64,000 nt of DNA from Clostridiaceae bacterium (GCA_016293225.1 JAEDEQ010000002.1:766-64765); one strand, 5' to 3'. Positions 8,440-18,235 are shown, counted from the first letter of the stretch. Notes: generated by a model not told the origin, from the sequence alone. Numbers and translations are program-made.

Positions 8440-10433
8440 TGCCGGATCTTTTCTATTACATTGCAAGCGCCGTCCTTGTTTTCGGCGTTCTTGTCGGAAT
8501 CTACCTCATGAGCAAGGTTGAAAAGGCGCATATCGGAAACAGTCTTTCCGCCGTTTCAATGGCTCTTGCAATCGCGCTGACAATGGTAAAATACGAGGTT
8601 TTCGGAACGGACGTCAGGACGGCGCTCATTGTTATAATTGTTTCAATGCTCCTCGGCGCTGCAATCGGCGCATGGATAACAAAGAAAGTCAAAATGATCC
8701 AGATGCCGCAGATGGTGGCGCTGCTTAACGGCTTCGGAGGCGGCGCGTCGGCGCTTGTGGGCGGCTTGACCCTCTTTACCGATAAGCAGGCGGATTCGTT
8801 CAGCGTTTTCACCGCCATGCTTGCCCTTGTTGTCGGCGTTGTAACCCTTGTAGGCTCGCTTGTTGCCGCGGCAAAGCTTCAGGGAATAATGAAGTCAAAG
8901 CCCGTTGTCCTTCCGGGACACAGCGTAATGACGGCCGTGTCGCTTGTCGGCTCGCTTGCCGTCTGCGTTGTTTCAATTTTTGTCCCTGCGCTGATACCTC
9001 TTGCAATAGCGGCGTTTGTGCTTTCCTTTGCGTTCGGTCTGTTTTTCTCAATCAGGGTCGGCGGAGCGGATATGCCCATTACAATTTCGCTTCTCAACTC
9101 CTTTTCCGGCGTTGCGGGGGCAATAGCAGGTCTTGCAATCAAGGACATTCTTCTTGTTGCCGTGGGCGGTATTGTCGGCGCGTCGGGTCTTATCCTCACT
9201 CAGATCATGTGCCGGGCAATGAACCGCAGCCTGTTTGACATTCTGCTCGGCAAAACTTCTTCGCACGGGAAAAAAGTTGAAAAAACTGAAAAGCCTGTTG
9301 CCGTTGAAGAAAACGAGCCCGAAAGCAAAGCAGAGCCGGTCAAAGAAGAACCGGTTCCCGAAATTAAAAAGCCCGGTGATCCTCTTTCCTCCGTGCTGAA
9401 AACCGCAAAAGACGTAATTATCGTACCCGGCTACGGAATGGCGCTCGCTCAGGCTCAGGCGCTTGTAAAGCAGCTTGAGGATAAGCTTGAAAAGAACGGC
9501 GCAAACGTCCGCTATGCGATTCACCCGGTGGCAGGCCGTATGCCCGGCCACATGAACGTTCTGCTTGCGGAGGTTGACGTTCCCTATGAAAAGCTTTACG
9601 AGATGAAAGACATCAACGATGATTTCAAGAACACGGACGTTGCAATAGTCATAGGTGCAAACGACGTTATGAACCCTGCGGCAAAGGAGACGGAGAACAC
9701 ACCGATTTCCGGAATGCCGATACTGAATGTTGCGGATGCAAAGAATATCATCATCTGCAACTACGACCTCAAGCCCGGTTATGCAGGCGTTGAAAATCCG
9801 CTTTACTCAAAAAAGGACGGCGTAACCCTGCTTTTGGGCGATGCGAAAGAAAGTCTCATGAAGCTTATTGCCTCCATGGATTCAACCGAACAGGCTGAAA
9901 CGGCAGAGGAGGACAAAAAGGAAAGCAAGCAGTCTACCGAAGCAGTGCTGAAAACCGCAAAAGACGTAATTATCGTACCCGGCTACGGCATGGCGCTCGC
10001 TCAGGCTCAGGCGCTTGTAAAGCAGCTTGAGGATAAGCTTGAAAAGAACGGCGCAAACGTCCGCTATGCGATTCACCCGGTGGCAGGCCGTATGCCCGGC
10101 CACATGAACGTTCTGCTTGCGGAGGTTGACGTTCCCTATGAAAAGCTTTACGAGATGAAAGACATCAACGATGATTTCAAGAACACGGACGTTGCAATAG
10201 TCATAGGTGCAAACGACGTTATGAACCCTGCGGCAAAGGAGACGGAGAACACACCGATTTCCGGAATGCCGATACTGAATGTTGCGGATGCAAAGAATAT
10301 CATCATCTGCAACTATGACCTCAAGCCCGGCTATGCAGGCGTTGAAAATCCGCTTTACTCAAAAAAGGACGGCGTAACCTTACTTTTGGGCGATGCAAAA
10401 GAAAGCCTCATGAAGCTGCTCGCACTTCTGTAA
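8436..10433 (+). CDS. pntB: NAD(P) transhydrogenase subunit beta with a duplicated C-terminal dIII domain
   Basis: Polytopic dII region (aa 1-275) followed by two copies of the dIII domain (IVPGYGMALAQAQ...HPVAGRMPGHMNVLLAE...GANDV). The protein is 665 aa; my recollection is that typical PntB proteins are 450-480 aa. The start is GTG 8436 or ATG 8439, overlapping the pntAB stop. Confidence 0.9.
   Translation: MMPDLFYYIASAVLVFGVLVGIYLMSKVEKAHIGNSLSAVSMALAIALTMVKYEVFGTDVRTALIVIIVSMLLGAAIGAWITKKVKMIQMPQMVALLNGFGGGASALVGGLTLFTDKQADSFSVFTAMLALVVGVVTLVGSLVAAAKLQGIMKSKPVVLPGHSVMTAVSLVGSLAVCVVSIFVPALIPLAIAAFVLSFAFGLFFSIRVGGADMPITISLLNSFSGVAGAIAGLAIKDILLVAVGGIVGASGLILTQIMCRAMNRSLFDILLGKTSSHGKKVEKTEKPVAVEENEPESKAEPVKEEPVPEIKKPGDPLSSVLKTAKDVIIVPGYGMALAQAQALVKQLEDKLEKNGANVRYAIHPVAGRMPGHMNVLLAEVDVPYEKLYEMKDINDDFKNTDVAIVIGANDVMNPAAKETENTPISGMPILNVADAKNIIICNYDLKPGYAGVENPLYSKKDGVTLLLGDAKESLMKLIASMDSTEQAETAEEDKKESKQSTEAVLKTAKDVIIVPGYGMALAQAQALVKQLEDKLEKNGANVRYAIHPVAGRMPGHMNVLLAEVDVPYEKLYEMKDINDDFKNTDVAIVIGANDVMNPAAKETENTPISGMPILNVADAKNIIICNYDLKPGYAGVENPLYSKKDGVTLLLGDAKESLMKLLALL
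9393..9865 (+). repeat. tandem duplication copy 1 (pntB dIII domain, aa 320-477)
   Basis: This 473-nt segment matches 9945-10417 at 466 of 473 positions. The offset is exactly 552 nt (184 codons, in frame). Confidence 0.97.
9945..10417 (+). repeat. tandem duplication copy 2 (pntB dIII domain, aa 504-661)
   Basis: See copy 1. The differences (copy-1 coordinates) are at 9437 and 9764 and five more between 9779 and 9855. All are synonymous. Confidence 0.97.
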
Positions 10434-10448
10434 TTGATTTTTACAAAA

Positions 10449-10478
10449 ATACCGATCCGACCGGGTCGGTATTTTTTT
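10449..10478 (+). terminator. intrinsic terminator after pntB
   Basis: ATACCGA...TCGGTAT stem with an inner CC/GG extension, followed by TTTTTTT. Confidence 0.75.
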
Positions 10479-10511
10479 GTCACGAACGAAGATTATTTAA
10501 TATCCGTTAGC

Positions 10512-10540
10512 TTGATTTTTTTGACTCAAATGTGTATAAT
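10512..10540 (+). promoter_or_regulatory. candidate sigma-A promoter for the M42 peptidase genes
   Basis: TTGATT at 10512-10517, a 17-nt spacer, and an extended -10 TGTGTATAAT ending at 10540. Confidence 0.55.
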
Positions 10541-10578
10541 AAAATGATAAATATATGCTCATTCAAGAGGTGTGATAT

Positions 10579-11604
10579 ATGGACGCAAAGGAACTTTGCT
10601 TTGAGCTTGCCGCCGCTGACGGAACTTCCGGCGATGAAGCGGCAGCCTGCGCTGTCTGCGAAAAGTATCTTTCAAAATTCATGACCGTTAAAACGGATAT
10701 AACAGGCTCGCTTGTGGGCACGCTCGGAAACGGAAATTTTAAAATTCTGCTTGACGCTCATATTGACCGGATAGGGCTTGTTGTCAGGGAGATTGACGAA
10801 CAGGGCTTTCTGCTTGTTTCCGCTGTCGGCGGAATTGACGCGCGCGTGCTTGTCGGCGCCGAAGTTACCGTTATGGGCAAAGAACCGTTGCGCGGCGTAA
10901 TCTGTTCAACTCCGCCTCATTTGCTCACAAGTGAGGACAAGGAAAAGGGAGTTGAGGTCAAAAATCTTGCCGTTGATATAGGCTTTTCAAAAGAAAAAGC
11001 GGAAAAGGAAGTCTCTGTGGGTGACCGTATTCTTGTTTCGTCAAAACCACTTTCGCTTCTTGACGGAAAAATCTCCTGCGCTGCGCTTGACAACAGGAGC
11101 GGTGCGGCCGCGCTTGTTCTTGCGGCGCAAAAGGTTTCGGGCAGGCTCAAAAACTGCTCGCTTGCCTTGCAGTTCTCCGCGCAGGAGGAGGTTGGCGGAA
11201 GCGGTGCAAAAACCGCCGCCTATACAGCCGACAGCGATGCTGCAATAGTTGTGGACGTCGGCTTCGGCGCTGACGCCTATTGTGATAAGACGGAAACCAA
11301 CACTCTTTCAAAAGGTCCGTCAATCGGAATTTCTCCGACTCTTGACAGAGCGCTCGGAAAAGAACTCACCTGCATTGCAAAGGATAACGGTATTCCTTTC
11401 CAGCATGACGTGATGAGCGGCAGAACGGGTACTAATGCCGATCAGATTAACATTTCGCGCGGCGGAGTTAAAACGGCTCTGCTTTCAATACCTCTTCGCC
11501 ATATGCATACTCAGGTGGAGGTTATTGACGCAAGGGACGTTGAATATACCGCAGAGCTGATTGCGGCATACATTCTCAAAAAGGAGGCTGAGCTTGATGC
11601 TTGA
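10579..11604 (+). CDS. M42 family metallopeptidase (FrvX/CelM-like aminopeptidase)
   Basis: N-terminus resembles the M42 family (DGTSGDE; LDAHIDRIGLVV; ALDNRSG; QEEVGGSGA). Confidence 0.85.
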   Translation: MDAKELCFELAAADGTSGDEAAACAVCEKYLSKFMTVKTDITGSLVGTLGNGNFKILLDAHIDRIGLVVREIDEQGFLLVSAVGGIDARVLVGAEVTVMGKEPLRGVICSTPPHLLTSEDKEKGVEVKNLAVDIGFSKEKAEKEVSVGDRILVSSKPLSLLDGKISCAALDNRSGAAALVLAAQKVSGRLKNCSLALQFSAQEEVGGSGAKTAAYTADSDAAIVVDVGFGADAYCDKTETNTLSKGPSIGISPTLDRALGKELTCIAKDNGIPFQHDVMSGRTGTNADQINISRGGVKTALLSIPLRHMHTQVEVIDARDVEYTAELIAAYILKKEAELDA

Positions 11605-12616
11605 AACGCTTAAAACACTGTGCGAAATGAACGGCACCTCCGGCCGTGAGGAAAAAATCCGCGATTATATTTTAAAGCGTATCGAGGGTAAGTGCGAAAC
11701 CAAGGATGACCCTCTCGGGAATGTTATTGCCTTCAAAAAAGGTAAAATGCGTGCAAAAAACAAGGTCATGCTTTCCGCCCATATGGACGAAGTGGGCTTT
11801 ATTGTAACTTATATTACCGACGAGGGATACCTCCGTTTTGACACGGTCGGCGGCATTGACGAAAAGGTTATTGCCGGACGCGCCGTAACTGTCGGCGACA
11901 AGGAAATTCCGGGCGTCATCGGCGTCAAAGCGATTCATCTTACGGAAAAAGCGGACAGCGGAAAGGTTCCCGCAGTTTCAAAAATGTATATTGACATCGG
12001 CGCAAAAGACAAGGCGCAGGCCGAGGAATATGTTTCGGTAGGTGACAGCGCATATTTTATCTCTGACTTTGAGCGCTTCGGTGAAAGCAAGATAAAATCA
12101 AAGGCTCTTGACGATCGCTTCGGCTGCGCCGTTATGCTTGACATTATTGACAAAGAAACGGAGTATGACGCATACTTCTGTTTCCTTGTTCAGGAGGAGG
12201 TGGGTCTGCGCGGCGCGTCTGCGGCGGCATATACGGTTGCCCCCGATTACGCAATAGTCCTTGAAGCAACAACCGCTTCTGATGTTGCCGGAGTCAGGAA
12301 GGAAGACTCCGTCTGCCGCCTTTCAAAGGGAGCGGTAGTGTCCTTTATGGACAGGTCAACGGTTTATAACCGCGCACTTTTCAGGCGTGCATTTGAGCTT
12401 GCGAAGGAAAAAGACATTCCCTGCCAGACAAAAACAACGGTTGCAGGCGGAAACGACGCCGGCGCAATCCACAAAAGCGGCGCAGGAGTATATACGCTCA
12501 CCGTTTCGCTTCCGTGCAGATATATCCATTCCGCAACAAGCGTTGCCGATATAAACGATATGGAAAGCTGCAAAAAAATGGCGTACACTCTGCTTTCGGA
12601 GTTTGCCAATGCTTAA
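11597..12616 (+). CDS. M42 family metallopeptidase, second paralog
   Basis: Contains MNGTSGREEK, SAHMDEVGFIV, ALDDRFGC and QEEVGLRGA. ATG 11597 overlaps the upstream stop by 8 nt. Confidence 0.85.
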   Translation: MLETLKTLCEMNGTSGREEKIRDYILKRIEGKCETKDDPLGNVIAFKKGKMRAKNKVMLSAHMDEVGFIVTYITDEGYLRFDTVGGIDEKVIAGRAVTVGDKEIPGVIGVKAIHLTEKADSGKVPAVSKMYIDIGAKDKAQAEEYVSVGDSAYFISDFERFGESKIKSKALDDRFGCAVMLDIIDKETEYDAYFCFLVQEEVGLRGASAAAYTVAPDYAIVLEATTASDVAGVRKEDSVCRLSKGAVVSFMDRSTVYNRALFRRAFELAKEKDIPCQTKTTVAGGNDAGAIHKSGAGVYTLTVSLPCRYIHSATSVADINDMESCKKMAYTLLSEFANA

Positions 12617-13373
12617 AGCCGCGGCAAACAGCGATTTTGAAAGGCTTTGCGCGCTTTGCAAAAACAGCGTTTTCGGCACATACATCATCTGCCGCGCAAA
12701 GGCATACGGCTTTGAGAGAAGCTTTGCCGAAATATATCTTTGCGAAAATGATAACGGCGAGCTTACCGGCGCGGTATCTGTGCTCGATAATAATGCCGTT
12801 GTTGTTGCGAATGAACACTGCAATTTTGAAGAGCTTGCGTTTTTTGTCTCCTCTTTCGGCTTTTCTTCTGTTCTGACCGATGAGGTAACGGCGGAAAAAT
12901 GCGGCTTTCACGGCGCCGTGATAAAAACCGTGCTTTCCTTTGACACGGACGGAAAGGATTTTCAAACCGATTCTGCGGCGGACATGAAAAAAGTTTACGA
13001 GCTTTTTTGCTCATGCTTTCCCCAAAGCTTTTCTCGCGATAAAAACTCATATCTTTCATGGCTTTCCGATTTTACGTTCAGAAAAAACCGCGGTCTTTCG
13101 CGGCTGAAAGCCGTTCATAGCGGCGAAGCGGTCTGCGCGGCGGCGGTAACGAGCGCCGAATGCTGCGACGGCGCCGTAATTTCAGCTGTTGCCTGCGGCC
13201 CGGAATACCGCAAAAGGGGATACGGAAAAGCAGTTACTCTGTCGCTTGCCAACGAATTGAAAAGGGAAAATAAAACGGTATATGTAATTTCGCAGGATGA
13301 AAGCACAACGCGTTTTTATATGAAGCTCGGCTTCAGGAGCTGCGGCAGTGCCGCATACATAGAAAGGCTGTAG
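12609..13373 (+). CDS. GNAT family N-acetyltransferase (C-terminal GNAT domain)
   Basis: RKRGYGKAV acetyl-CoA loop and FYMKLGF tail. The start overlaps the upstream gene by 8 nt. Confidence 0.65.
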   Translation: MLKAAANSDFERLCALCKNSVFGTYIICRAKAYGFERSFAEIYLCENDNGELTGAVSVLDNNAVVVANEHCNFEELAFFVSSFGFSSVLTDEVTAEKCGFHGAVIKTVLSFDTDGKDFQTDSAADMKKVYELFCSCFPQSFSRDKNSYLSWLSDFTFRKNRGLSRLKAVHSGEAVCAAAVTSAECCDGAVISAVACGPEYRKRGYGKAVTLSLANELKRENKTVYVISQDESTTRFYMKLGFRSCGSAAYIERL

Positions 13374-13379
13374 AATAAA

Positions 13380-14627
13380 ATGTTTGATTTTGATAAAAAG
13401 ATATATAAATACTCCGCCGAAGCGCTTGAGGCTGTAAAGGGCGAGTTTGAAGCGATTGACAGAATTACCGAATTCAATCAGCAGAAAATGCTTGAAGCGT
13501 TTATAGATAACAACGTCAGCGAGTCAATGTTCAGCGGAACAACGGGCTACGGCTATTCCGACAGAGGACGGGAAACGATTGACAGGGTTTTTGCTCAGGC
13601 AGTAGGCGCCGAGGATTCACTCGTCCGCCACAACTTCACCTGCGGAACGCATACCCTTGCCGTTGCGCTTTTCGGCGTGCTTCGTCCGGGTGACACAATG
13701 CTCTGTGTAACAGGCACTCCGTATGACACCATTCACCCGGTTATCGGCTTGAACGGAAAGGACGGCTCGGGCTCGCTTGCCGATTTCGGAATTAAGTATA
13801 AACAGGTTGAGCTTAAAGCAGACGGAAGTCTCGATTTTGAAGCCATTGAAAACGCAGTTGATGAAAGCATAGCCATGGTGTATATCCAGCGGTCAAGAGG
13901 ATACAGTCTCAGACCGTCGCTTTCGGTTGATGAAATAGGCAGAATTGCCGAAATTGCAAAGAGAAAAAGCAAGGCCGTTGTCATGGTCGATAACTGCTAC
14001 GGCGAGTGGGTTGAGGAAAAGGAGCCGACTCAGGCCGGCGCTGACCTTATTGCAGGTTCGCTGATAAAAAATCCCGGCGGCGGAATTGCAAGAACGGGCG
14101 GCTACATTGCAGGCCGTCACGATCTGATTGAAAAATGCGCTTGTCGATTGATTACCCCGGGAATAGGCCGCGAGGTGGGAGCAACGCTCGGAATGAACCG
14201 CGAGCTGTTTTTAGGCGTATACAGCGCTCCTCATGTTGTCGGCGAAGCGCTTAAAAGTATGGCGTTTGCCGCGGCGCTTTTCAAAAGGCTCGGCTTTGAT
14301 TCAACTCCCGCTTCGGGAGAAAAAAGGCACGATATTATTCAGGCAATTAAACTTCACAATGAAAAGAACCTTATTGCTTTTTGCCGCGGTATTCAGAAAT
14401 GCTCTCCGGTTGACGCCTTTGCCGCTCCCGAGCCGTGGGATATGCCCGGCTATGACAGCAAGGTTATCATGGCGGCAGGCGCGTTCACTCTCGGCTCCTC
14501 CATTGAGCTTTCGGCCGACGCGCCGTTGAGGGAGCCGTTTGCCGTCTGGATGCAGGGCGGACTCAATTTCCACAGCGCAAAGCTTGCAATAATGAGCGCA
14601 GCGGACGAGGTTTTGAAAGTTCAGTAA
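13380..14627 (+). CDS. ynbB: YnbB / aluminium-resistance family PLP-dependent protein (Cys/Met metabolism-like)
   Basis: GTTGYGYSDRGRETIDRVFA and SLIKNPGGGIA are typical of the YnbB family. Confidence 0.8.
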   Translation: MFDFDKKIYKYSAEALEAVKGEFEAIDRITEFNQQKMLEAFIDNNVSESMFSGTTGYGYSDRGRETIDRVFAQAVGAEDSLVRHNFTCGTHTLAVALFGVLRPGDTMLCVTGTPYDTIHPVIGLNGKDGSGSLADFGIKYKQVELKADGSLDFEAIENAVDESIAMVYIQRSRGYSLRPSLSVDEIGRIAEIAKRKSKAVVMVDNCYGEWVEEKEPTQAGADLIAGSLIKNPGGGIARTGGYIAGRHDLIEKCACRLITPGIGREVGATLGMNRELFLGVYSAPHVVGEALKSMAFAAALFKRLGFDSTPASGEKRHDIIQAIKLHNEKNLIAFCRGIQKCSPVDAFAAPEPWDMPGYDSKVIMAAGAFTLGSSIELSADAPLREPFAVWMQGGLNFHSAKLAIMSAADEVLKVQ

Positions 14628-14649
14628 TTTTGCGAAAGGAAAACGGTTA

Positions 14650-15342
14650 ATGAACAGCTTCAAGGGCTTTGACAGAGATACTTTTCTCATGCTTGCCGAA
14701 AACAAATTCAACGACAGCAAGCCGTATTATGAGTCGGTCAAGGAACAGCTCAAGCAAAAGGCGATTGTTCCTATGCGCGAAATATGCGCCGACCTTTCCG
14801 ACCTGCTTTTTGAGATTGACAACCATATGAATCTCATTCCCGTAAAAATGGTTTCAAGAATACGCCGCGACACACGCCGTGCAAAAAATATGAACATGTA
14901 CCGCGATAACATCTGGTGTATGTTTATGCGCAATAAATACGAATGGACTCATCAGCCGTGTATGTGGTTTGAAATTATGCCCGGCTGTTACTCGATAGGA
15001 GTCGGAATGTTCAGAACCGATTCCGCTTTCCTTGAGTGTTACCGCGAGGTGTTCAGGGAAAACAGCGGTGAATTCAGAGCCGCGCTTGAAGGCGTTCTTT
15101 CGGCAGGAGCCGAAAGGGACCTTGAACGCTACGCCAAGGACAAACCGGGAAAGGTTCCGGACGACCTTGCGGATTATTACAACGCAAAGAACCTTTATTT
15201 TATCAAAAGCAGTTTTGATATGGAGCCGCTGTTTGACGGCAGCGTTCTTGAAGAACTGCAAAACACTCTTTCGGCCTATGCTCCGATGTATAACTTCTTT
15301 TTGAAAGCTACGGAAAAATCTATTACCGAGAAAGGAAGATAA
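14650..15342 (+). CDS. DUF2461 (TIGR02453) family protein
   Basis: FLMLAENKFNDSKPYYE...RIRRDTRRAKNMNMYRD matches my memory of the family consensus. Confidence 0.65.
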   Translation: MNSFKGFDRDTFLMLAENKFNDSKPYYESVKEQLKQKAIVPMREICADLSDLLFEIDNHMNLIPVKMVSRIRRDTRRAKNMNMYRDNIWCMFMRNKYEWTHQPCMWFEIMPGCYSIGVGMFRTDSAFLECYREVFRENSGEFRAALEGVLSAGAERDLERYAKDKPGKVPDDLADYYNAKNLYFIKSSFDMEPLFDGSVLEELQNTLSAYAPMYNFFLKATEKSITEKGR

Positions 15343-15346
15343 CCCG

Positions 15347-16864
15347 ATGTCAAGATATGACCTTTACAAAAAACTCAAAAGCGGAACGGATATCAGAGGT
15401 GTTGCCGTTGAAACCGAAGGCTCTCCGGTTCAGCTTGATGATTTGGCAGTTTATGACCTGACCTGCGGCTTTTGCGAATGGCTTTTGCAAAACGGCGCTT
15501 CGCTTTCGGGCAGGATTGCGGTCGGCCACGATTCGCGCATTTCTGCCGAAAGGATAAAAAAGCAGGTTATCAGCGCCCTTTGCACTTACGGCTTTTATGT
15601 TTACGACTGCGGACTTTCTTCAACTCCGGCAATGTTCATGACAACGGTTGAGCTTAACTGCCTTGCCGCCGTTCAGATTACCGCAAGCCACCACCCGTTT
15701 GACAGAAACGGACTGAAATTTTTCACAAAGCACGGCGGTCTGGACAGCGGTGACCTTGACGCCGTTATTGAAAACACCCGCACCTTTGTCCTGCCGAAAA
15801 AGCATCGCTTTTCAATCGAAAAGATTGATTTCATGTCCGTTTACGCCAAAAGACTGCGCAACATGATTTGCAGCGAGGTTAACGCAAGCGAATATGACCG
15901 GCCGCTGCTCGGATATAAGATTATTGTTGACGCCGGCAACGGAGTCGGCGGCTTTTACGCCACCGAGGTTCTTGCAAAGCTCGGCGCGGATATCAGCGGC
16001 AGCCAGTTCCTTGAGCCGGACGGAATGTTCCCGAACCATGCGCCGAACCCCGAAAACAAAGAGGCAATGAAGTCCATCAGCGACGCCGTTATCAGAAACC
16101 ACGCCGATCTCGGAGTCATTTTTGATACCGATGTTGACAGAGCAAGCTGTGTTGACGAAAACGGAACGGAAATCAATCGTAACCGCCTTGTGGCGCTTGC
16201 TTCAATTATTGCGCTTGAGGGCAACGAGGGCGGAACCATTGTTACCGACAGCGTTACCTCGACCGGTCTTACCGATTTCATCAACAATTTCCTCGGCGGC
16301 GTTCATTACCGCTATAAGCGCGGATACCGCAATGTTATCAACGAACAGCTTCGGCTCGAGAGCGAGGGAGTCAACTGTCCGCTCGCCATTGAAACCTCGG
16401 GTCACGCCGCTTTCAGGGAGAATTACTATCTTGATGACGGCGCATATCTTATCACAAAAATTGTTATCAAAATGGCTCAGATGGGTAAAAAGGGCATGAA
16501 GCTTGAATCCCTGATTGCAGACCTCAAAGACCCTGAAGAAGCGTGCGAGCTGCGCCTTAAAATCAAAAAAGATGATTTCAGAGCCTACGGAAACGGCGTT
16601 ATTGCCGCGCTTGAAAAGTATGCGGCAGGAAGAAAGGGCTGGAAAACAGCCGACGACAACCGCGAGGGTATTCGCGTTTATCTTGATAAGGACCACGGCA
16701 ACGGCTGGTTCCTGCTGAGGCTCAGTGTCCATGATCCGATTATGCCGCTCAATATTGAAAGCGACTCGGCAGGCGGAACGAAAAAAATTGCCGGGGAACT
16801 CTATTCTTTCCTTAAAAATCTTGACGGTCTTGAAACGGACGTTGTGCGAAACTATATCGGCTGA
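15347..16864 (+). CDS. phosphomannomutase/phosphoglucomutase family protein
   Basis: ITASHHPFDRNGLKF phosphoserine loop, FDTDVDR metal site and ETSGH. Confidence 0.88.
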   Translation: MSRYDLYKKLKSGTDIRGVAVETEGSPVQLDDLAVYDLTCGFCEWLLQNGASLSGRIAVGHDSRISAERIKKQVISALCTYGFYVYDCGLSSTPAMFMTTVELNCLAAVQITASHHPFDRNGLKFFTKHGGLDSGDLDAVIENTRTFVLPKKHRFSIEKIDFMSVYAKRLRNMICSEVNASEYDRPLLGYKIIVDAGNGVGGFYATEVLAKLGADISGSQFLEPDGMFPNHAPNPENKEAMKSISDAVIRNHADLGVIFDTDVDRASCVDENGTEINRNRLVALASIIALEGNEGGTIVTDSVTSTGLTDFINNFLGGVHYRYKRGYRNVINEQLRLESEGVNCPLAIETSGHAAFRENYYLDDGAYLITKIVIKMAQMGKKGMKLESLIADLKDPEEACELRLKIKKDDFRAYGNGVIAALEKYAAGRKGWKTADDNREGIRVYLDKDHGNGWFLLRLSVHDPIMPLNIESDSAGGTKKIAGELYSFLKNLDGLETDVVRNYIG

Positions 16865-16905
16865 AAACAGGAAAACAAAGCTTTGAAAAAGGAGTGAGGA
16901 AGCGA

Positions 16906-18225
16906 ATGAAAAGGTTCACAACGGCTGTTATACTGCTGATGCTCTTTGCGGCCGGTCTGATTTTGCTTTTTAGCCTTAAATCAAAGCCTATAGATTCGCT
17001 TCTTCACGCTCCCGTGCGCGATGAACAGAGCGCTCAGATCTGGCAGGTCTTTGAAAAGGCTGCGGGCAGGAATTATACGCTCAAAACCCCGACGGACGGC
17101 GATCACCGCTCGGCTCTCATTCATGTTGACCTTGACGGCGACAGTAAAGAGGAAATCCTTGCTTTCTATTCAAAAGAGGGCGCGAGCGAAACCGTTTTTC
17201 TTCAGATTTTCGGTGCCGCGGATAACGGCTGGGCTGCCCTTGCCGGAGCGGAAAGCGGCTTTAACGAGGTCAAGCAGGTTGAATTTGCCGACATTAACGG
17301 CGACGGAATGCTTGAAATAATCATCGGCTGGGGACTTCAGAGCAGCAAGCTCATTCAGCAGCTGAACATCTATACCGTTGATATTGAAAAAGCCGAGATT
17401 AAGAGCATTTTTCTGACAAAGTATTCCGTGTTCGGAGTTTTTGATATGAATGCGGACGGAAAAAGCGAGCTTGCCGTAATTTACGGCGACAAATCGGCCG
17501 CTTCCGCGCTTTCGGTTCTGAAAGTCTTTTCCTGTACTTCGGGAAAAGTCAGTCAGGCTGTTTCGCTCGATGTTGATCCTGTAATTTCAACCGTTTCTAA
17601 GATATCGTTTGATTATTTACGCAGAACGAACGAAAGCCGTGTGTATATTGACGGTTTTACCGCGGACGGACAGATGACGACTGATATGATGTGCTTTGAC
17701 ATTGAAAAGAGCGGGCTTGAACGTGTTTTTATTGACGGAAAAACAGTTTCCGGCATTTCAAAACGCAGCTCGAATGTTGAATGTAAGGACATTAACGGCG
17801 ACGGTGTGATTGAAATTCCTACTCAGCAAAAGCTTGAGCATAAGGAGCTTTCCTCAAGCATAATCGAATGGAAAGCCGTCCTTGGCGATAAGCTTTCAAA
17901 GGCTGCTTCCTATTTTGACAACCGCGAAAACGGCTATTATTTTGAAATACCGAAGCAGCTTGAAAAGAATACGATACCCGTTCTGCTTTCGGACGGCGAA
18001 ACAATGCGGCTGTACCTTATTGATGAGGACGCGGACGGCTCGCTGCAGAATGTTCCGCTTTTTGAAATAAGGCTCGAATCCGAAGAAATGCATAGCGTGC
18101 TTTCCGGTCGGTTCAGACCGCTCGGAAGCTATAAAGGAAAAAAGTATTATTACAGAATTTTTGAAGCCGGCGACAAGCTCGGCATTACAAAAAAAGATAT
18201 ATCATCGGGAATTATATATAATTGA
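16906..18225 (+). CDS. membrane-anchored extracytoplasmic protein with FG-GAP/VCBS-like repeats
   Basis: N-terminal TM helix and four DxDGDG-type motifs (DLDGDSKEEI, DINGDGMLEI, DMNADGKSEL, DINGDGVIEI). Confidence 0.6.
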   Translation: MKRFTTAVILLMLFAAGLILLFSLKSKPIDSLLHAPVRDEQSAQIWQVFEKAAGRNYTLKTPTDGDHRSALIHVDLDGDSKEEILAFYSKEGASETVFLQIFGAADNGWAALAGAESGFNEVKQVEFADINGDGMLEIIIGWGLQSSKLIQQLNIYTVDIEKAEIKSIFLTKYSVFGVFDMNADGKSELAVIYGDKSAASALSVLKVFSCTSGKVSQAVSLDVDPVISTVSKISFDYLRRTNESRVYIDGFTADGQMTTDMMCFDIEKSGLERVFIDGKTVSGISKRSSNVECKDINGDGVIEIPTQQKLEHKELSSSIIEWKAVLGDKLSKAASYFDNRENGYYFEIPKQLEKNTIPVLLSDGETMRLYLIDEDADGSLQNVPLFEIRLESEEMHSVLSGRFRPLGSYKGKKYYYRIFEAGDKLGITKKDISSGIIYN

Positions 18226-18235
18226 GGTGAGAGGA

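Noticed and set aside
9048-10103. Minus-strand ORFs 9048-9551 and 9882-10103, which share identical N-termini (MAGHTACHRVNRIADV...)
   Set aside because: They are antisense shadows of the duplicated pntB segment. They have no RBS and overlap a well-supported CDS entirely.
9393-10417. The pntB duplication as a simple assembly artefact (a repeat expanded by the assembler)
   Set aside because: The two copies differ at 7 positions and have different flanking linkers, and the junction keeps the reading frame. A pure assembly duplication would normally be identical. This is not fully excluded, so read-level confirmation is requested in the finding.
10521-10540. TTGACT at 10521-10526 paired with TATAAT at 10535-10540 as a promoter
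   Set aside because: The spacer is only 8 nt. TTGATT at 10512-10517 gives the proper 17-nt spacing and is reported instead.
12356-12965. A cluster of overlapping alternative-frame ORFs at the M42 peptidase / GNAT junction
   Set aside because: They overlap the well-supported peptidase and acetyltransferase frames and have no independent signals.
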